A stretch of DNA of 64,000 nt from Basidiobolus meristosporus CBS 931.73 (taxonomy: Eukaryota; Fungi; Basidiobolomycota), in NCBI GenBank assembly GCA_002104905.1, contig MCFE01000042.1, positions 1 to 64,000 of the forward strand, read 5' to 3'. Made by a program: the position numbers and the translations under genes. How positions within the stretch are numbered: position 1 is the first letter of the stretch; every line of letters starts with the position of its first letter. The notes under the pieces were generated by a model, which was not told the origin of the DNA, did not search any database, and saw only the letters and a program-made list of their open reading frames with translations. Shown here in pieces: positions 11,861-24,600 of the stretch.

Positions 11861-12843
11861 AAATAATTGTGTTTTATTCGGACCAAACGATCCCGTCGAA
11901 ACCCTACTTGTAAGTGAATAGTCAAATCCTAGCACCTAGTCGATGGGCTGTAAACTCACTTCACTGATATATGCCCCAAGTCTTATGGAAATATATTTAG
12001 CCACTTTTTTCTCCTTTAGACGAATAGGTGGTAAACAAACTTTCTTCCTCACGCTCCAAAGCACATGTACTCTTGGACACTACCGATCTGTGATGTAGAG
12101 AGTTAGCATTACACCTTCCGGGTAATCATACCGGAATCGCTATTTTTTCTTAGGTTATCGCCTATTGCTAAAATGGAGCGGACTTCGTATTTCTCGGTGA
12201 GGTAATTGACACCCCAAGGCTATAGTGGCCTCATAAGCATTTTGGTAGGCCTTTCGTTACCTATGCCTTTCATCTCTTTCAATGTGCAAATTCATATATG
12301 ATAGCTACACACAGATGGTATTGAGCTAAACACACATCCCTCACCGTATCAGCTTCCCCTGTCTAGATACTATAACCAAACTGCTTCGCAGATCAGTTTA
12401 ACAACAGGTCCTTGATCAGTTCTCAACCAGATTTGCAATGTGTGGCTTGATGTGGCGTCATTGGGCTGATCAGTTTGTCATGTCACAATGGGACCATACT
12501 TACAAGATTGAGTGGGGGGATACGACGGAAGACGTGACTGGGTGCTTGAGGCTATCTAAGGTATACGCCAGATATTCAGCAGCCTAGAATAACTCATTCA
12601 TCTCATCAGTCGATGGTTCGATTGATATGGTAATGGCGACCATGCATCTTTATTGCCAAATCGGCTCGTTAGTCCGCTCGTGCAATGGTCCCACTTCTTT
12701 GACTGTCACTTTGCTTTGGCAGCCTTACTAACCTCCAGCTATTTCTCCGAGAGCAGCCGACTGCCGATGGCTGGCCTCAGCAAAGCCTGACTATTTAATG
12801 GCTGCCTATCTCCCTAGTTGAGACTCAGCTTTCCCAGTTAACC

Positions 12844-13549
12844 ATGAAATTCCTTGCAGTCATCCAAGCAGCCCTCCTGACCTTCACCAGTGGCAGCCTC
12901 TCCTGTCAGCGTTGGAGCAACCAAGGATCTCTACAAGAGACTGAATGTCAACGACACCGTATTCCTGATGCTCGACCATCAAGCGGGACTGATGTCCATG
13001 GTGGATGACTGGCAGTCGAATGAGTTCAAGGCCAATGTTCTGGGCCTGGCCGAGGCATCCTCGTTGCTGGACATCCCGGTAGTGCTCACCTCGAGCATTG
13101 AGGACGGGCCCAACGGACCCCTGATGCCCGAGGTAAAGAGCCTCCTCAAGAACGCGGTTTACGTCCCTCGCAAAGGGGAGATCAATGCCTGGGACAACGC
13201 TGACGTGGTCAAAGCAATCGAGGCAACCGGCAGAAAGCAGATCGTGATGGCAGGAATAGTCACGGATGTGTGCGTAACCTTCCCCGCTCTGTCCGCTGTG
13301 CAAGAAGGCTACGAGGTGTTCGCAGTGCTCGATGCGTCCGGGACGTTCAACCAGGGGGTTCGCGATTCCTCGTTGGCGCGCATGGTCCAGGCGGGTGTCC
13401 AGCCCATGAACTTCTTCTCTACAGTGTGTGAATTGGCCCGTGACTGGAGACACTTTGCCGATGGCAGTCTCGGTGCACTCTTTGCCAAGTACATCCCTGA
13501 CTACAAGAACCTGATGACCTCCTACTCTGCGTTTGCCAAATCTCAGTAA
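12844..13549 (+). CDS. ycaC: Secreted YcaC-type hydrolase, copy 3 (one +1 insertion in the signal-peptide region as sequenced)
   Basis: 706 bp, with an extra A at about 12889 (accAgtggca vs accgtggca). The remaining protein is identical to copy 1. Confidence 0.78.
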
Positions 13550-14504
13550 GCAAATTGCATCAGACCAAGTATCTCACTCTTGCTTCCCCAAAAGTGCCGC
13601 ACAAGTTGTTCAATAAAGCTTGAAAGTTGGGTTCCAATATTACCAGTAACTGTTTCGTAGTCATCATAGTTGATCCGTATAATATGTTCAGTTCCTGAGC
13701 CGATTTACACATAACATGCAACTCTCAATTTGTTTGAAATGTGTTCCGGACTTGGCTTTATTATGCTTACTGCGTTGTGTCAAGAATCGATGGGACGTTA
13801 ATAAACGGCCCTTTCTCTTCGGATAGATGTTGTATATGTATATATGTATGGATATATATATATATATTATGCTCAACCCCAGCAAGTAATACAGGTAAAC
13901 GAGCAAGCGCGACATAATCAGCAATATTTTCCATGGCCGACCTACTATTTTAGCTGGTTTGATCGCACCATATCGACATGCACTAGATACAATCCATTAT
14001 ACTAGACGGCTGCTATATCGGACTGCCTCAGCTGATCCTCTTCATAGACTGGCCAAAGCAAAGCTTCATCGATTGGCCAGTGTTGTGACAGTATGCAGAT
14101 TTGAGCTGGCAATTCATTCGCCACTCACCGAGCAAATTGACAGTAAATAAGCGCAATATTTATCCTACGCCAATGCACCCATTTGGTAAAACGATCCAAA
14201 AGCCGGTATCAGGATGGTGACAGAAAGGTGATCAGAGTGGCGAAATGGCGATCTACTGGACCGTGTCCACTCTGAGAGCAATTCAAATGAATCGAAATAT
14301 TCGCTGTAGGGTGCGGATGACAAATGTCCATGGTGGGGACCAGCCTGATACCCTACAGTGTCGGAAAAGCTTTCCTAATGCTCTGTAAGGCACTTAGGGT
14401 TGTGTAACGGAACATCACTGAATGCTACATGCTCTGTAGAATGGTCGGATCCGATGACCGACGTGAGAAGAAGTCGCCAAGCTGTTCTGACTGTTCGTTG
14501 CAAC

Positions 14505-15957
14505 ATGAAAGCCCTTAGCACCTTGCTCCTTGTTCTATCCGTCACTGGCAGCTTGGCGGGATCGTTACTCTCAGATGATGTATCCCGGTGTCTGTACACC
14601 CTTCCCCGCGAGAAAGTCTTCCTTCCTGGTCATGTTAGATACGACTAGGCAAGATTCAACTAGAATGATAGGCTCTCCGAGGTTTCCCCTGCTGTGATTG
14701 TTCGCCCTACACACACGCAAGACGTGGCACTCGCCGTGAGGTGTGCCAACAAAAGCGGCCTGAAAGTTGTTGCTCGCAGTGATGGCCACGATTATGAGGG
14801 CTACGGCCTCGGTGGCGAAGACGGCAAGATGGTCATTGATTTCGTGAACATGCACAAAACCCAGTTTGACGACAACAATCGCACCGTGTCAGTCGAGGCC
14901 GGCCAGTTGGTGGGCAGGCTCTTGCATTTTCTGTGGAAAGAGTGTGGTGCAGGCCTCCCACATGGTAGTGAGCCAGAGATTTGGGTTGGTGGCCATACTC
15001 TTGGCGGTGGTTACGGCCTGTATAGTCGCCTTCACAGACCAAAGCTGGATAGGGTGGAGTCTATGGAGGTTGTCACCGCCACCAGGGATGTTGTTGTTGT
15101 CAGCAAAGACAAGAACAAAGACCTATTCGGTGTTCTGTTGGGCGCAGGTCCACAGCTCCTACGGTGTAGTGACAAGGTTTCAATTCCGCTACTTCCATGC
15201 GCCTACCAGGTTCCCGGTATTTTCACTCACATAGCCCACTAGCCCTGGGAACTTCAGCGATGTGCTTATTGGGGTGCAAGAATGGTATGCCAGCAACCCG
15301 GTCAAGGAAATCACCGCCATCTTCCACATCCTACCCGGAGGCTCTATCCGCGTGTCTGGCACAATCCTCACTGACAACACCCAGAAACAGGCGAAGCTAT
15401 TCCGAGAGATCGTCGACAAACTTCCGTGGACAACTCTGATCACCAACCAAAAAATGAGCCTACCCGAGTCATTCTTGTATTTCGCTAGCAACGGTCCTAA
15501 CGTGGCGGTTGACGATTTGGCCAAGACCCAACGCAGATCAGTCAAAAGCTATTACAAAGCCAAGTCTGGCTACTTGGTCAAGCCGGTGACCAAGGAGGTG
15601 GCAAGAAAAGTCTATGACATCATGAGCTCGATTGACGGCCAGGCGTTTATTATGTTCGGCATGCAAGGGGGACAGACCGGCAAGCACTCGGCTCACGCCA
15701 TCTCATTTGTCCACCGCGATACCATATCCAGCATCCAAATTGGAGTCTTCAATGCCACACGTCTCCCTTGGCTCCACGAGATCTACAACACACTCCAACC
15801 TGACTTCCCCCAAGGCTACCAAAAATACATTGACCATGACGAGAAGGGCTGGAAGAAGGCCTACTACGGGGACAACTTTGATAGACTGGTTCGCATCAAG
15901 AACAAATATGACCTCAGGAATGTCTTCCAATTTGCACGAAGCATTCCATTGAACTAG
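14505..15957 (+). pseudogene. BBE-like secreted FAD oxidase pseudogene, copy B
   Basis: Same architecture as copy A, with the same three in-frame TAG stops (14646, 14661, 15232) and a private +1 at about 15150. It retains PAVIVRPT. Confidence 0.85.
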
Positions 15958-17569
15958 AAAATAACGTATACAGCTAGAACACCATGATTATCATAGAATA
16001 GATTTAGTATTTGAGTTTTAATGATGAGTTCGTACTGTGGAGAAAACTGAGTGCTAGGTTTAACATATCTTAACCCAGTGCCCCACACCTGATGGACGAA
16101 GTTCCACTCAAAGATGTAAAATGTCATAGGCAGCAGGTTATCCAGAAGTAGATATGTCTTTTACTGACTGAGCAAATTGAATATGAAGGGTGTCAATATT
16201 TGGCATATAAATTATGACTTTGCCACTCCAAATTTTTATAGATACCATTAATACATGATCAGCTTTGTAAAGAAAGAGGATTGAGAAGCTTGGAGGAAGA
16301 TATAAGGATAGAATCAAGTGCTTGATTTGGATCTTAATTATCTATATATCTTAGTATGGCACATTTTTAGTATTAATTTTCCCTAAGAAAAAAATTTATG
16401 AAAAGGCCAGCAGAATACTGTCATTATATTAGTTGAATCCAAGTTGTTCAAAATGATAACTTCTAATATCTTAGGTACCAGCTGCTGGGCAGACAAGCAG
16501 ACACATTTTCCGGGAAGTGACCAAGCCAACTACTTCCACCAAAAACCGCAACTGAAGATTTGAAAGAAAAACACCAGCTGAAAATCAGATGAATTCCAAG
16601 TTTGAGATTTTTCATAGGATTTATTACTTACAAGCTTTAAAATAATAATGCATGATACTTGTCAATTCTTGAAAATAGTGAATACACTGAAAGCTCTGAG
16701 ATTTATCCAACTTTCCAAAGACTGCAAACTTTGCATACAACTTCTGGTGAGCTCATTCAGAATCCTCTTTTAATCAATGATATACATTTCACTGGAAAGT
16801 ACAAATACTTATTTCTTTCAATAAAATGGCAAACAAAATGACATGCTTTCTTTATAGTACTTCAAACCAATGCCATTTTCAACAAGGGCATTCATTAGTA
16901 TCTAGCAAGCAAATTGTATAGGTGCAAATGTAAAAGAACTACTGTAAATAAATTTCTTGGGGGCAGGATTTAGACATAAGAAATTTTTGTCATATGGATT
17001 TTGGTGATGTTGGAGATGATTGGGAGTACAGTAAATTAGGTACATTTTACCTCATGATTTATTGAATGTAAAAGCTTAATACTTTTACTACACATAGAGT
17101 GTGTTTTGGAGGCCCTGAAAATATGTGAAGAGTCAGGGGTCTTTTGGACAACTTTGAGTACCTGATATATTGGTGAAAGTAAGCTTAATAATTTAGTGTA
17201 TTAATACAGTAAGGAATCATAACTTGTAAGTTCTGAACATGTATCTCCAATATACCGATTATTTGGTATGAATCAATGATTGTATTACACAAATGGGTCA
17301 TAGTTATATAAATTCTTCTCCAAAACAATCATAATGTTTCCGGTTGATCAGCCAAATATTCACAGAAGCGAGTGTTGGTATTTCTAATCGCCAAATTAAA
17401 TGATACATACATAATTAGATAAATGTAACATATGAGCATCCGAAAGTATAGTCTAATTCTCATTGATTGATTTTTAGAACTTGTTCTCATTAATTTCGTG
17501 ATTGATTTTTAGCAATTGTTGACCAGTGATTCTAGCCTCAAGTCCTTCGCCTCCAATTTCATCAGCACA

Positions 17570-17980
17570 ATTAAATCTAGTATGTCGCACAGTGCTTCAA
17601 TCCTATTTCCAGGGGAAGATGGCTATCGTGAGGCTACCCTTCACTGGCCGGATATAGCGGTAGTGGTCCAACTATGTGGCTCTAGAGATGGTAAATTCAA
17701 TTTAACCCGATCCACGCTTATTTATTGATGTAAAGGTTAAATCGTCAAGCCAATATGGAGTTATGCTTGCTACTGTATCAGGTGCTCACTATATTCAGCA
17801 AGAGGGGATTGCTCGATATTACATTATGTCACATTACAAGAAAGCTGTCAAGGTCAAGTATCAATTTTCTGTGGTGAGTACTAAGAATGGGTTCGACGAG
17901 TGTTGGTAGAAGGTATGGCTTTGAATCATTTGGAAGTTGAAAAGATCCATATAGCACTTGTCCTGCCTCAACAACCATGA
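17570..17980 (+). pseudogene. Possible highly degraded fragment of another FAD-linked oxidase
   Basis: ILFPGEDGYREATLHW-PDIAVVV, then in another frame QYGVMLATVSGAHY, then PYSTCP. The order resembles the PGxxxY..W / SGGH / GxCP motifs of BBE-like enzymes. Confidence 0.35.
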
Positions 17981-18344
17981 CCTGCACCTTCAAAACTTAT
18001 GATCATACTTCCTCCATGAAGAATAACTTATTTCTGGTACAAACTCAAGACTCTGCCTAACAACAAATAGCAAAGCTCTAGTCAAAGGGACAGCTACCTA
18101 CGCGACCAAGTGCACAATTACCAAATTAGAATAAACCAGTCAAACGACTGTAAATAGAATTTACGTAATGTTGATTGACTACCTTCATAACTATTTCGAA
18201 CTTCGTCACAATGAATGACCTGACGCTTATCACGTGCTGGATCCTACATGACGTCATATGGGTTCGCTCCTCCCTGATTACTTATACACCAACACTCCCA
18301 TCTTTGGAGCAGCAAATCTACAGTAATTCCAGTAACTTTCTTCC

Positions 18345-19403
18345 ATGCGCATTCTAATCACTTCAGTAGAAGAACGACGTATACCCAGTAAACACATAGT
18401 ATATAGACTGGAGATAAAAGAGGGAGTGCGTGGTTGGGTAGCCTACCATCGATATCAGGATTTCGACAGTCTACATCGAGTCCTTAGTAAAAGATTCCCT
18501 GGTGTACAGCCACCGGCCACGTTACCGCCAAAGCATTCCCTATTCAACAGAAGCACCGCTGGGATAGGCTCTGAGTTTATTGAGAACAGACGCGAGCTTT
18601 TAGAGATATATTTGAATGCCATTCTGCAGGATGCTTCAGGAGAATGGAGGGAAAGTGAAGAGTTCAGCAAGTTTTTGGAGACCCCGAGAATAAAACATGT
18701 TGACATCCTGAACATTACTTCGGAAGACTGGCTTGACGAACTGAAACAGATTGAAAAGGGAATTCGTGAAGCTAGAGCTGCCCTCGCCAAACGTGACGCT
18801 CTGAGACAAGACAAACAGGTATCAGCCGCCCACAGAGCGACCTTGGAGGCTAAGAACGCACTGACACCCTTGGACACGAGGATCGTTGGACTTGAAGATG
18901 CACTCAAGGCTATGGGCAATAAGCGTGGTGACCAAGTGATTCTTAGCAGCGGCGAGTTATCCAGGCGAATGGACATGCTGAATAGAGTGAAAGACGAGAA
19001 GTCGGTGCTCACCAAGCTGTGTCATGTCAGCATGGGTTCAGTTTCAGAAGCGGGGACCTCTCTTCTAGCCCCGCCCACACCTACTCACCCAAAGGTCACA
19101 CCAAACACACCGAAAGGCTCCACCAGAGTGTTCGGGAACACCCGAGCTCTTCCGCAAGAGACAGAAGCGACCGCGGGGAGAAACAATGATGAGCTTCTAA
19201 CCTTTCAGCAGCAACTGATGCAAAACCAGGATCAAAATCTAGACGATTTCTCCACAATACTTCAACGACAGAAACAGCTTGGCCTCACCATTCATCAAGA
19301 GCTGGAGTCCCAAAATCGACTCCTCGAAGAGTTGGATGACCAAGTGGATCGAAGCGGCTCCAAATTGAAGCGTGCGTCGAAGCAGCTAAAACAAATCAAT
19401 TGA
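18345..19403 (+). CDS. VAM7: PX-domain Qc-SNARE (Vam7-like), intronless
   Basis: N-terminal PX domain (YHRYQDFDSLH, LPPK, IENRRELLEIYL) and C-terminal SNARE motif (QDQNLDDFSTILQRQKQLGLTIHQELESQNRLLEELD). No TM segment. Confidence 0.88.
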   Translation: MRILITSVEERRIPSKHIVYRLEIKEGVRGWVAYHRYQDFDSLHRVLSKRFPGVQPPATLPPKHSLFNRSTAGIGSEFIENRRELLEIYLNAILQDASGEWRESEEFSKFLETPRIKHVDILNITSEDWLDELKQIEKGIREARAALAKRDALRQDKQVSAAHRATLEAKNALTPLDTRIVGLEDALKAMGNKRGDQVILSSGELSRRMDMLNRVKDEKSVLTKLCHVSMGSVSEAGTSLLAPPTPTHPKVTPNTPKGSTRVFGNTRALPQETEATAGRNNDELLTFQQQLMQNQDQNLDDFSTILQRQKQLGLTIHQELESQNRLLEELDDQVDRSGSKLKRASKQLKQIN

Positions 19404-19408
19404 CGTCT

Positions 19409-19436
19409 CCCACATCCCACATCCCACATCCCACAT
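19409..19436 (+). repeat. (CCCACAT)x4 heptamer tandem repeat just after the VAM7 stop
   Basis: Four perfect copies, read directly. Confidence 0.9.
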
Positions 19437-19686
19437 CCTGCCCCATGCACATGGACGTGTTTCCCACCAATTCCATATACTGCATCACCGCTTCCTGTAA
19501 TAACTGGCCTTTATTCATCTATATGTACATCATGCATTTTTCTTTTAAACAAGCACTAGCCATTGAAATATATTACTATTTACCTCATCATGCGCGTATC
19601 ATGTACATGAAAGCGTGGTCGCAAGGGGCGTGGAACAAGCTTCGCAAACCCATAGCGAAAGCCCCATGTGTCAAATACTGATCGAC

Positions 19687-19938
19687 TCATTTTACCGGGT
19701 TATTCAACAGTGTGGGCGGCGATGGAGGTGGGAACATGAAGATGTTTTCCGATTGCTCAATCGGTGGCGAACGAACGGGGGAGCGATCATACTCTTCGGA
19801 GGAATGCGTGAGGTAGACTTTCTCAAATCTACTGAATCGAACCGATTTCGAGCTGTTGGGTGAGCAACTTTCACCGCTAACCTCTGGGAGGATTTGGGTG
19901 TCAATGGTGACGGGGTATTTGTTCTTCAGGGAGATCAT
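19687..19938 (-). CDS. 83-aa small protein with an RVxF-type PP1-docking motif followed by THSxEEYDR
   Basis: ATG-initiated ORF containing KSVRFSRFEKVYLTHSSEEYDRSP, which resembles the neurabin/Bni4-type PP1-binding segment. A TATA-like element lies at about 20122-20130. Confidence 0.55.
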   Translation of the reverse strand: MISLKNKYPVTIDTQILPEVSGESCSPNSSKSVRFSRFEKVYLTHSSEEYDRSPVRSPPIEQSENIFMFPPPSPPTLLNNPVK

Positions 19939-21664
19939 GGCCGTTTATCTAGGGTTGGTGTGCGGGAATTCTATCGAGGCCTGCTCGAGGTAACGTGGGC
20001 TGATCGTGTTGACAGGATGGGAATAGTGAGAGATGATGGTTCAAGGAAGCTTTGATCGTTTGCCCAATGTCGGTGGTGGTATAAATAAGCACGTACAATG
20101 CGACAACATTCGAGGCTTCAAATGCAGCCGAACGAGCCAATGGTGGTCAGCCATCAGCCGTACTATATAGGGAAATTTGCTCACTCGGAATCTCCAAAGT
20201 TTCCATTCGGAAGATCAATCAGCTCCACAACATTCTCCTGAATGGCATTTATACAATGATGAGTTATCCAAACCAAGGAAATAACCAACATTGATGCAAG
20301 GATAGAGATGCGCATTCGTTGCACCGCCGTTGAGTTTCAGAATATGCCACTTCCTCACCACAACTCTCATTGGCCTCTAGAACGAAGATGTTTATAGATG
20401 CTTGCCCAGTGCAAATCAACCAAAGACCCACTAGATACAACTAAATTGATCATTGTTTTGGACAGTCCAGTTAGCCACATGGCCCTGGGATTGGCTCATG
20501 TGGACGAGCCGATTAGCCTAATAGAGCACGTCACGAGTGTCTGGCAATAATCCAATTAATGACCAACGTATCATAATCTAGATTCGACGAAACAACGATT
20601 AGCTTTTCCATGCTCTACATATATTAATGGGGAGCTCTATGGAGTTGGGCAGCCCAGATGCTGCTCTTGAAGTCCTTCGCATCAAATGAGTTGCTTTTTG
20701 GTGAGATTGGTTCTAATTAGAGGTATTCGTTCACACTGGCTTTAGTCACCGACGAAACATCGAGTGATTAATCGGTCGAAACATCGAATAGCACAGATCA
20801 TTCCGAGTCAAGTATTAAGAGAGAGCCAATTGTAGTTTTCTTAGTTATTGCATCCCAGGTGGTGCCGCTATTAATATCTTCTAGCGCAATAAAAATACAG
20901 GTTTCCGGAAATTATCGTGAAACTTGATCATCAGTATTGGCATGCAATAAATGTCAGTAATAATAGCAATATTTACATCTGCAACGGTTTCCATCATCAT
21001 GACCGTCTTTGACCTACAGACCATACACTGGCCATACATACGTACGTTGTTGAGAAGTCACTGCTTGGTCAGGATTCACTATATTTACAAAGAGCATTTA
21101 TGATGTCAGTGTTATGGTAAGAGAAGGTACCGTCATCCTTTTGGACCATCATGACTTTACTATAGGTGCTCAATTTTAGCTGGTATTGGGGATTCGAAAT
21201 ATACCGCACAATCCAGGTTTCCATGCACATTTGAGTTACATGCTTGTGGTGGTAAAAATAAGCACTCGCCATGATACTGCATAAGCGTTGGCCACAGGTA
21301 ATAATTATCTGGGTTAATCAAAGACAACCAAATTATCTAATATCGATAGTAGGCTCCAATAAAATGGAACAGAGATGGTTCTTTGCAACTTCGGTCACCA
21401 AGGTGATTATGTTCTAAAATTATATAGAACACACCAATGGATATTTTTACTAAACCAAGTGGCAAGACATGTGTTATTCTTAACGACTTCACGGGCTTCA
21501 GCTAAGCAGCAACGCAGGCTGCCAAGATTGTCTTCAGATAATTCAGAGTTGTTTTATTGAATGTGTGCATAGGTATTAATATGAACTCTTGGGAAAGACG
21601 GCTACACAGGATGTATTTAAATGAAGAGCACAACTGCTGTGGCATATCATTCTCCGTTTCCATT

Positions 21665-24600
21665 ATGGATATCTCCAACAATCGCAGATGTTGTCTCTTC
21701 GCTGGATTGGTGTTACTTGTCCTGGCTCGTTCTGGCAGTTCCCAGTCCTACACTGCAACAGCTGTTCCTAATACAAGTGGGGTGACTATGCCTACGACCT
21801 ACACCTACACCGTAGGTTATTCTTCAGATTTGGAGACCTACCAGGTGGCTTCAGCTTCTTATACTGGGACTATATCGGGCTATACAAGGACCACGACAGT
21901 ACCCTCCGGATTATTCACCGATTTAGTTCCGCCACTTACATTTACTGACAGCTTCCGCGGTACCGACGAAGTTACGACCTATTCAGCAAGTACAGTTATC
22001 AGGGAACTACCACCAAGGACTGTAGTACAGGAAATAAGCCCGCTCACTCTTACCAGATTTTTACCGACTTCACTTATCACTGAGGCTCTAGAGCCCTTCA
22101 CTGATACTATCTATGCAAGTGTACCATTTCCTACGGTTACTTTGACTGGTGCCAATGATCCCAATAGGCAAACATCTTGGCAGCTAGATGTAACTACTGG
22201 ACCACTGGATTATCTTGGAACATTGAATGGCCCAACAATTACGCATTATGTTGGTACCAGTCTCCACACAAGTGTGCTGGCCCAACGAACTGTTTCGTAC
22301 GTACGGGAAGGAAGTGTTGCAGTCTCTGTTTATCCAGCCGAAACTTTGACTTATACCGGACAACCATACTTTACCGAAACACTTGGTTCGACCATCGTGA
22401 CCAGAATAGTCCTGCAAACGATGGTTAGTGATATTCTGCCTCCAGTGTTCGTTACCGCCACTCCAACGTTCACCGTCACTCAACCGAGCACTGTTGTGTT
22501 GCCATCAACTGTCACCGGAACTGTCACACCTACTACAAACTCGGTGATCTCTACGGCCTCGACATCCTTCTCCACCTTTACCAAGTCACCTCCTACTACC
22601 GCCACACTCGTCACTACCCAGACCATTCCCGAAACTGTCACCACTACTGTTGGTGGACCGAGTGGACCAATCACCACCACAAGCACGACATTAACTACTG
22701 CTACTAGCACTCTGACCCAAACTGCAAGTGGTTCCGTTAGTAACTCAAACACCAAAACCAATACAAACACCAATACGAACACGAACACTAACACCAATAC
22801 GAACAGTAACAGTAACAGCAACACCAATACTAACACCAACACCAACAGTAACACGAATACCAATACAAACACTAACACCAATACTAATACCAACACTTAC
22901 ACCGGACCTCTGACAACCACTGTCTTCAGCACAGCAACAACGACTTTACCTCCCAGTGGAACAAACACCAACTCAGTCACAGTCACCTCCGTCTCCACCC
23001 AGGTGACCACGACCACAGTTGGTACACCATTGAGCAATACTGGAACAGTTACCAGCACACTCACAACAACTCAAAATGGAAGCACCGGGCCAGCCACCAC
23101 CACTTTGATAGTGACCAGCACAAACGGTGCTGGCTCCTCATCTGCTGCTACTAGCAACACCAACACCGGAATCGTTACGCAAACTGTGACCAGTACCGCT
23201 AATCAGAGCACAGGACCAGCCACCACCACTTTGACAGTGACCAGCACAAACGGTGCTGGCTCCTCATCTGTTGCTACTAGCAATACCAATACGAATACTG
23301 TCACAAGAACTCTGACCACCACTGTCAACGGCAGTAGTGGACCTACCATCACCACCTTGACCACCACTTCCGTCGTCGGCAATACCAACACTGGAATTGT
23401 TACACAAACCGTGACAAGCACCATCAACCAGAACACCGGGCCAGCCACCACCACTTTGATAGTGACCAGCACAAATGGTGCTGGCTCCTCATCTGTTGCT
23501 ACTAGCAATACTAACACGAGTGCCGCCACAAGTACTGTAACAACTACAGTCAACGGTAGCAATGGGCCCACCGTCACCACTCTGACCACGACTTCTGTTG
23601 TCGGCAACACCAACACAAACACCAACACCGCAATTGTTACGCAAACCATGACAAGCACCATTGATCAGAACACCGGGCCAGCCACCACCACTCTGACAGT
23701 GACCAGCACAAACGGTGCTGGCTCCTCATCTGTTGCTACTAGTAATACTAACCCGAATACTGCCACAAAGACCCTGACTACCACCGTCAATGGAAGTAAT
23801 GGACCCACCATCACCACCTTGACTACCACTTCCGTTGCAGGCAACACCAACACTGGGATTGTAACGCAAACCGTGACAAGCACCATTAACCAGAACACCA
23901 GTCCGGCTACCACCACTTTGACAGTGACCAGCACAAATGGCGTTGGTACCTCATCTGAAATGACCTGGAACACCAATACTAACACCATCACCAAAACCCT
24001 GACTACCACTCGCGATGGACACACCAGTCAGGTAACCACCACATTGACTGTGACCAGCACCAATGACAGTGTCAGCAAAACCAGAACTAGGACCAGAACC
24101 AGAACCACCAAGACAAGCCAGCAAACTGAGCCCCCAACCTATACTGGCACAAATACTCAAACAGTGACCACCACCGAGACAGAGACCGAAGGCTGTGAGA
24201 ACTCATCTTGCTATACTCTTACCAAAACGAAGACCAGGACAGGCCACCCCAAGCCAACCAAGAGTCATACCAAGACCCATACTCAGGACCATACCAAGAG
24301 CCACACCAAAACGCATACAAGCTCGGAGGAGACACCCACCAACAACGGCCGCGGATGTGTCTCGGGTAGGTATAAATGCGATGGAGATGGATTCTACCAA
24401 TGTGTCAACAAGACCTGGCGTCGCCGTCCCTGTGGAGAAGGTACTCGCTGTTACCCCAATGGTAAAGATAAGGTAATCTGTGATTATCCTAAGAAGCACC
24501 ATAAGGAAACTACATGGGACTCAGGTAAACACACCAAGACTAGCTCAGAGGAACATAGCAAAACCAAGACTAGCTCGGTGAAACATAGCACAACTAAAAC

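Larger units (their letters stand above)
12390..16000 (+). repeat. About 3.6 kb segmental duplication, copy B
   Basis: Matches 6240-9850. The (TA)n tract lengths differ (about 7705 vs about 13855), and flanks beyond the boundaries are largely non-homologous. Confidence 0.92.

Noticed and set aside
17930-17980. KIHIALVLP as a Crinkler HVLV-type motif
   Set aside because: No upstream LFLAK-like region and an immediate stop; insufficient support.
19409-19436. (CCCACAT)4 as an interstitial telomeric repeat
   Set aside because: Only four units and the telomere repeat of this organism is unknown, so I kept it as a simple repeat.
16069-21317. TTAACCCAG at about 16070 and CTGGGTTAA at about 21310 as piggyBac ends
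   Set aside because: Only a 9-bp inverted match, it encloses VAM7 and no transposase, and it is consistent with chance.
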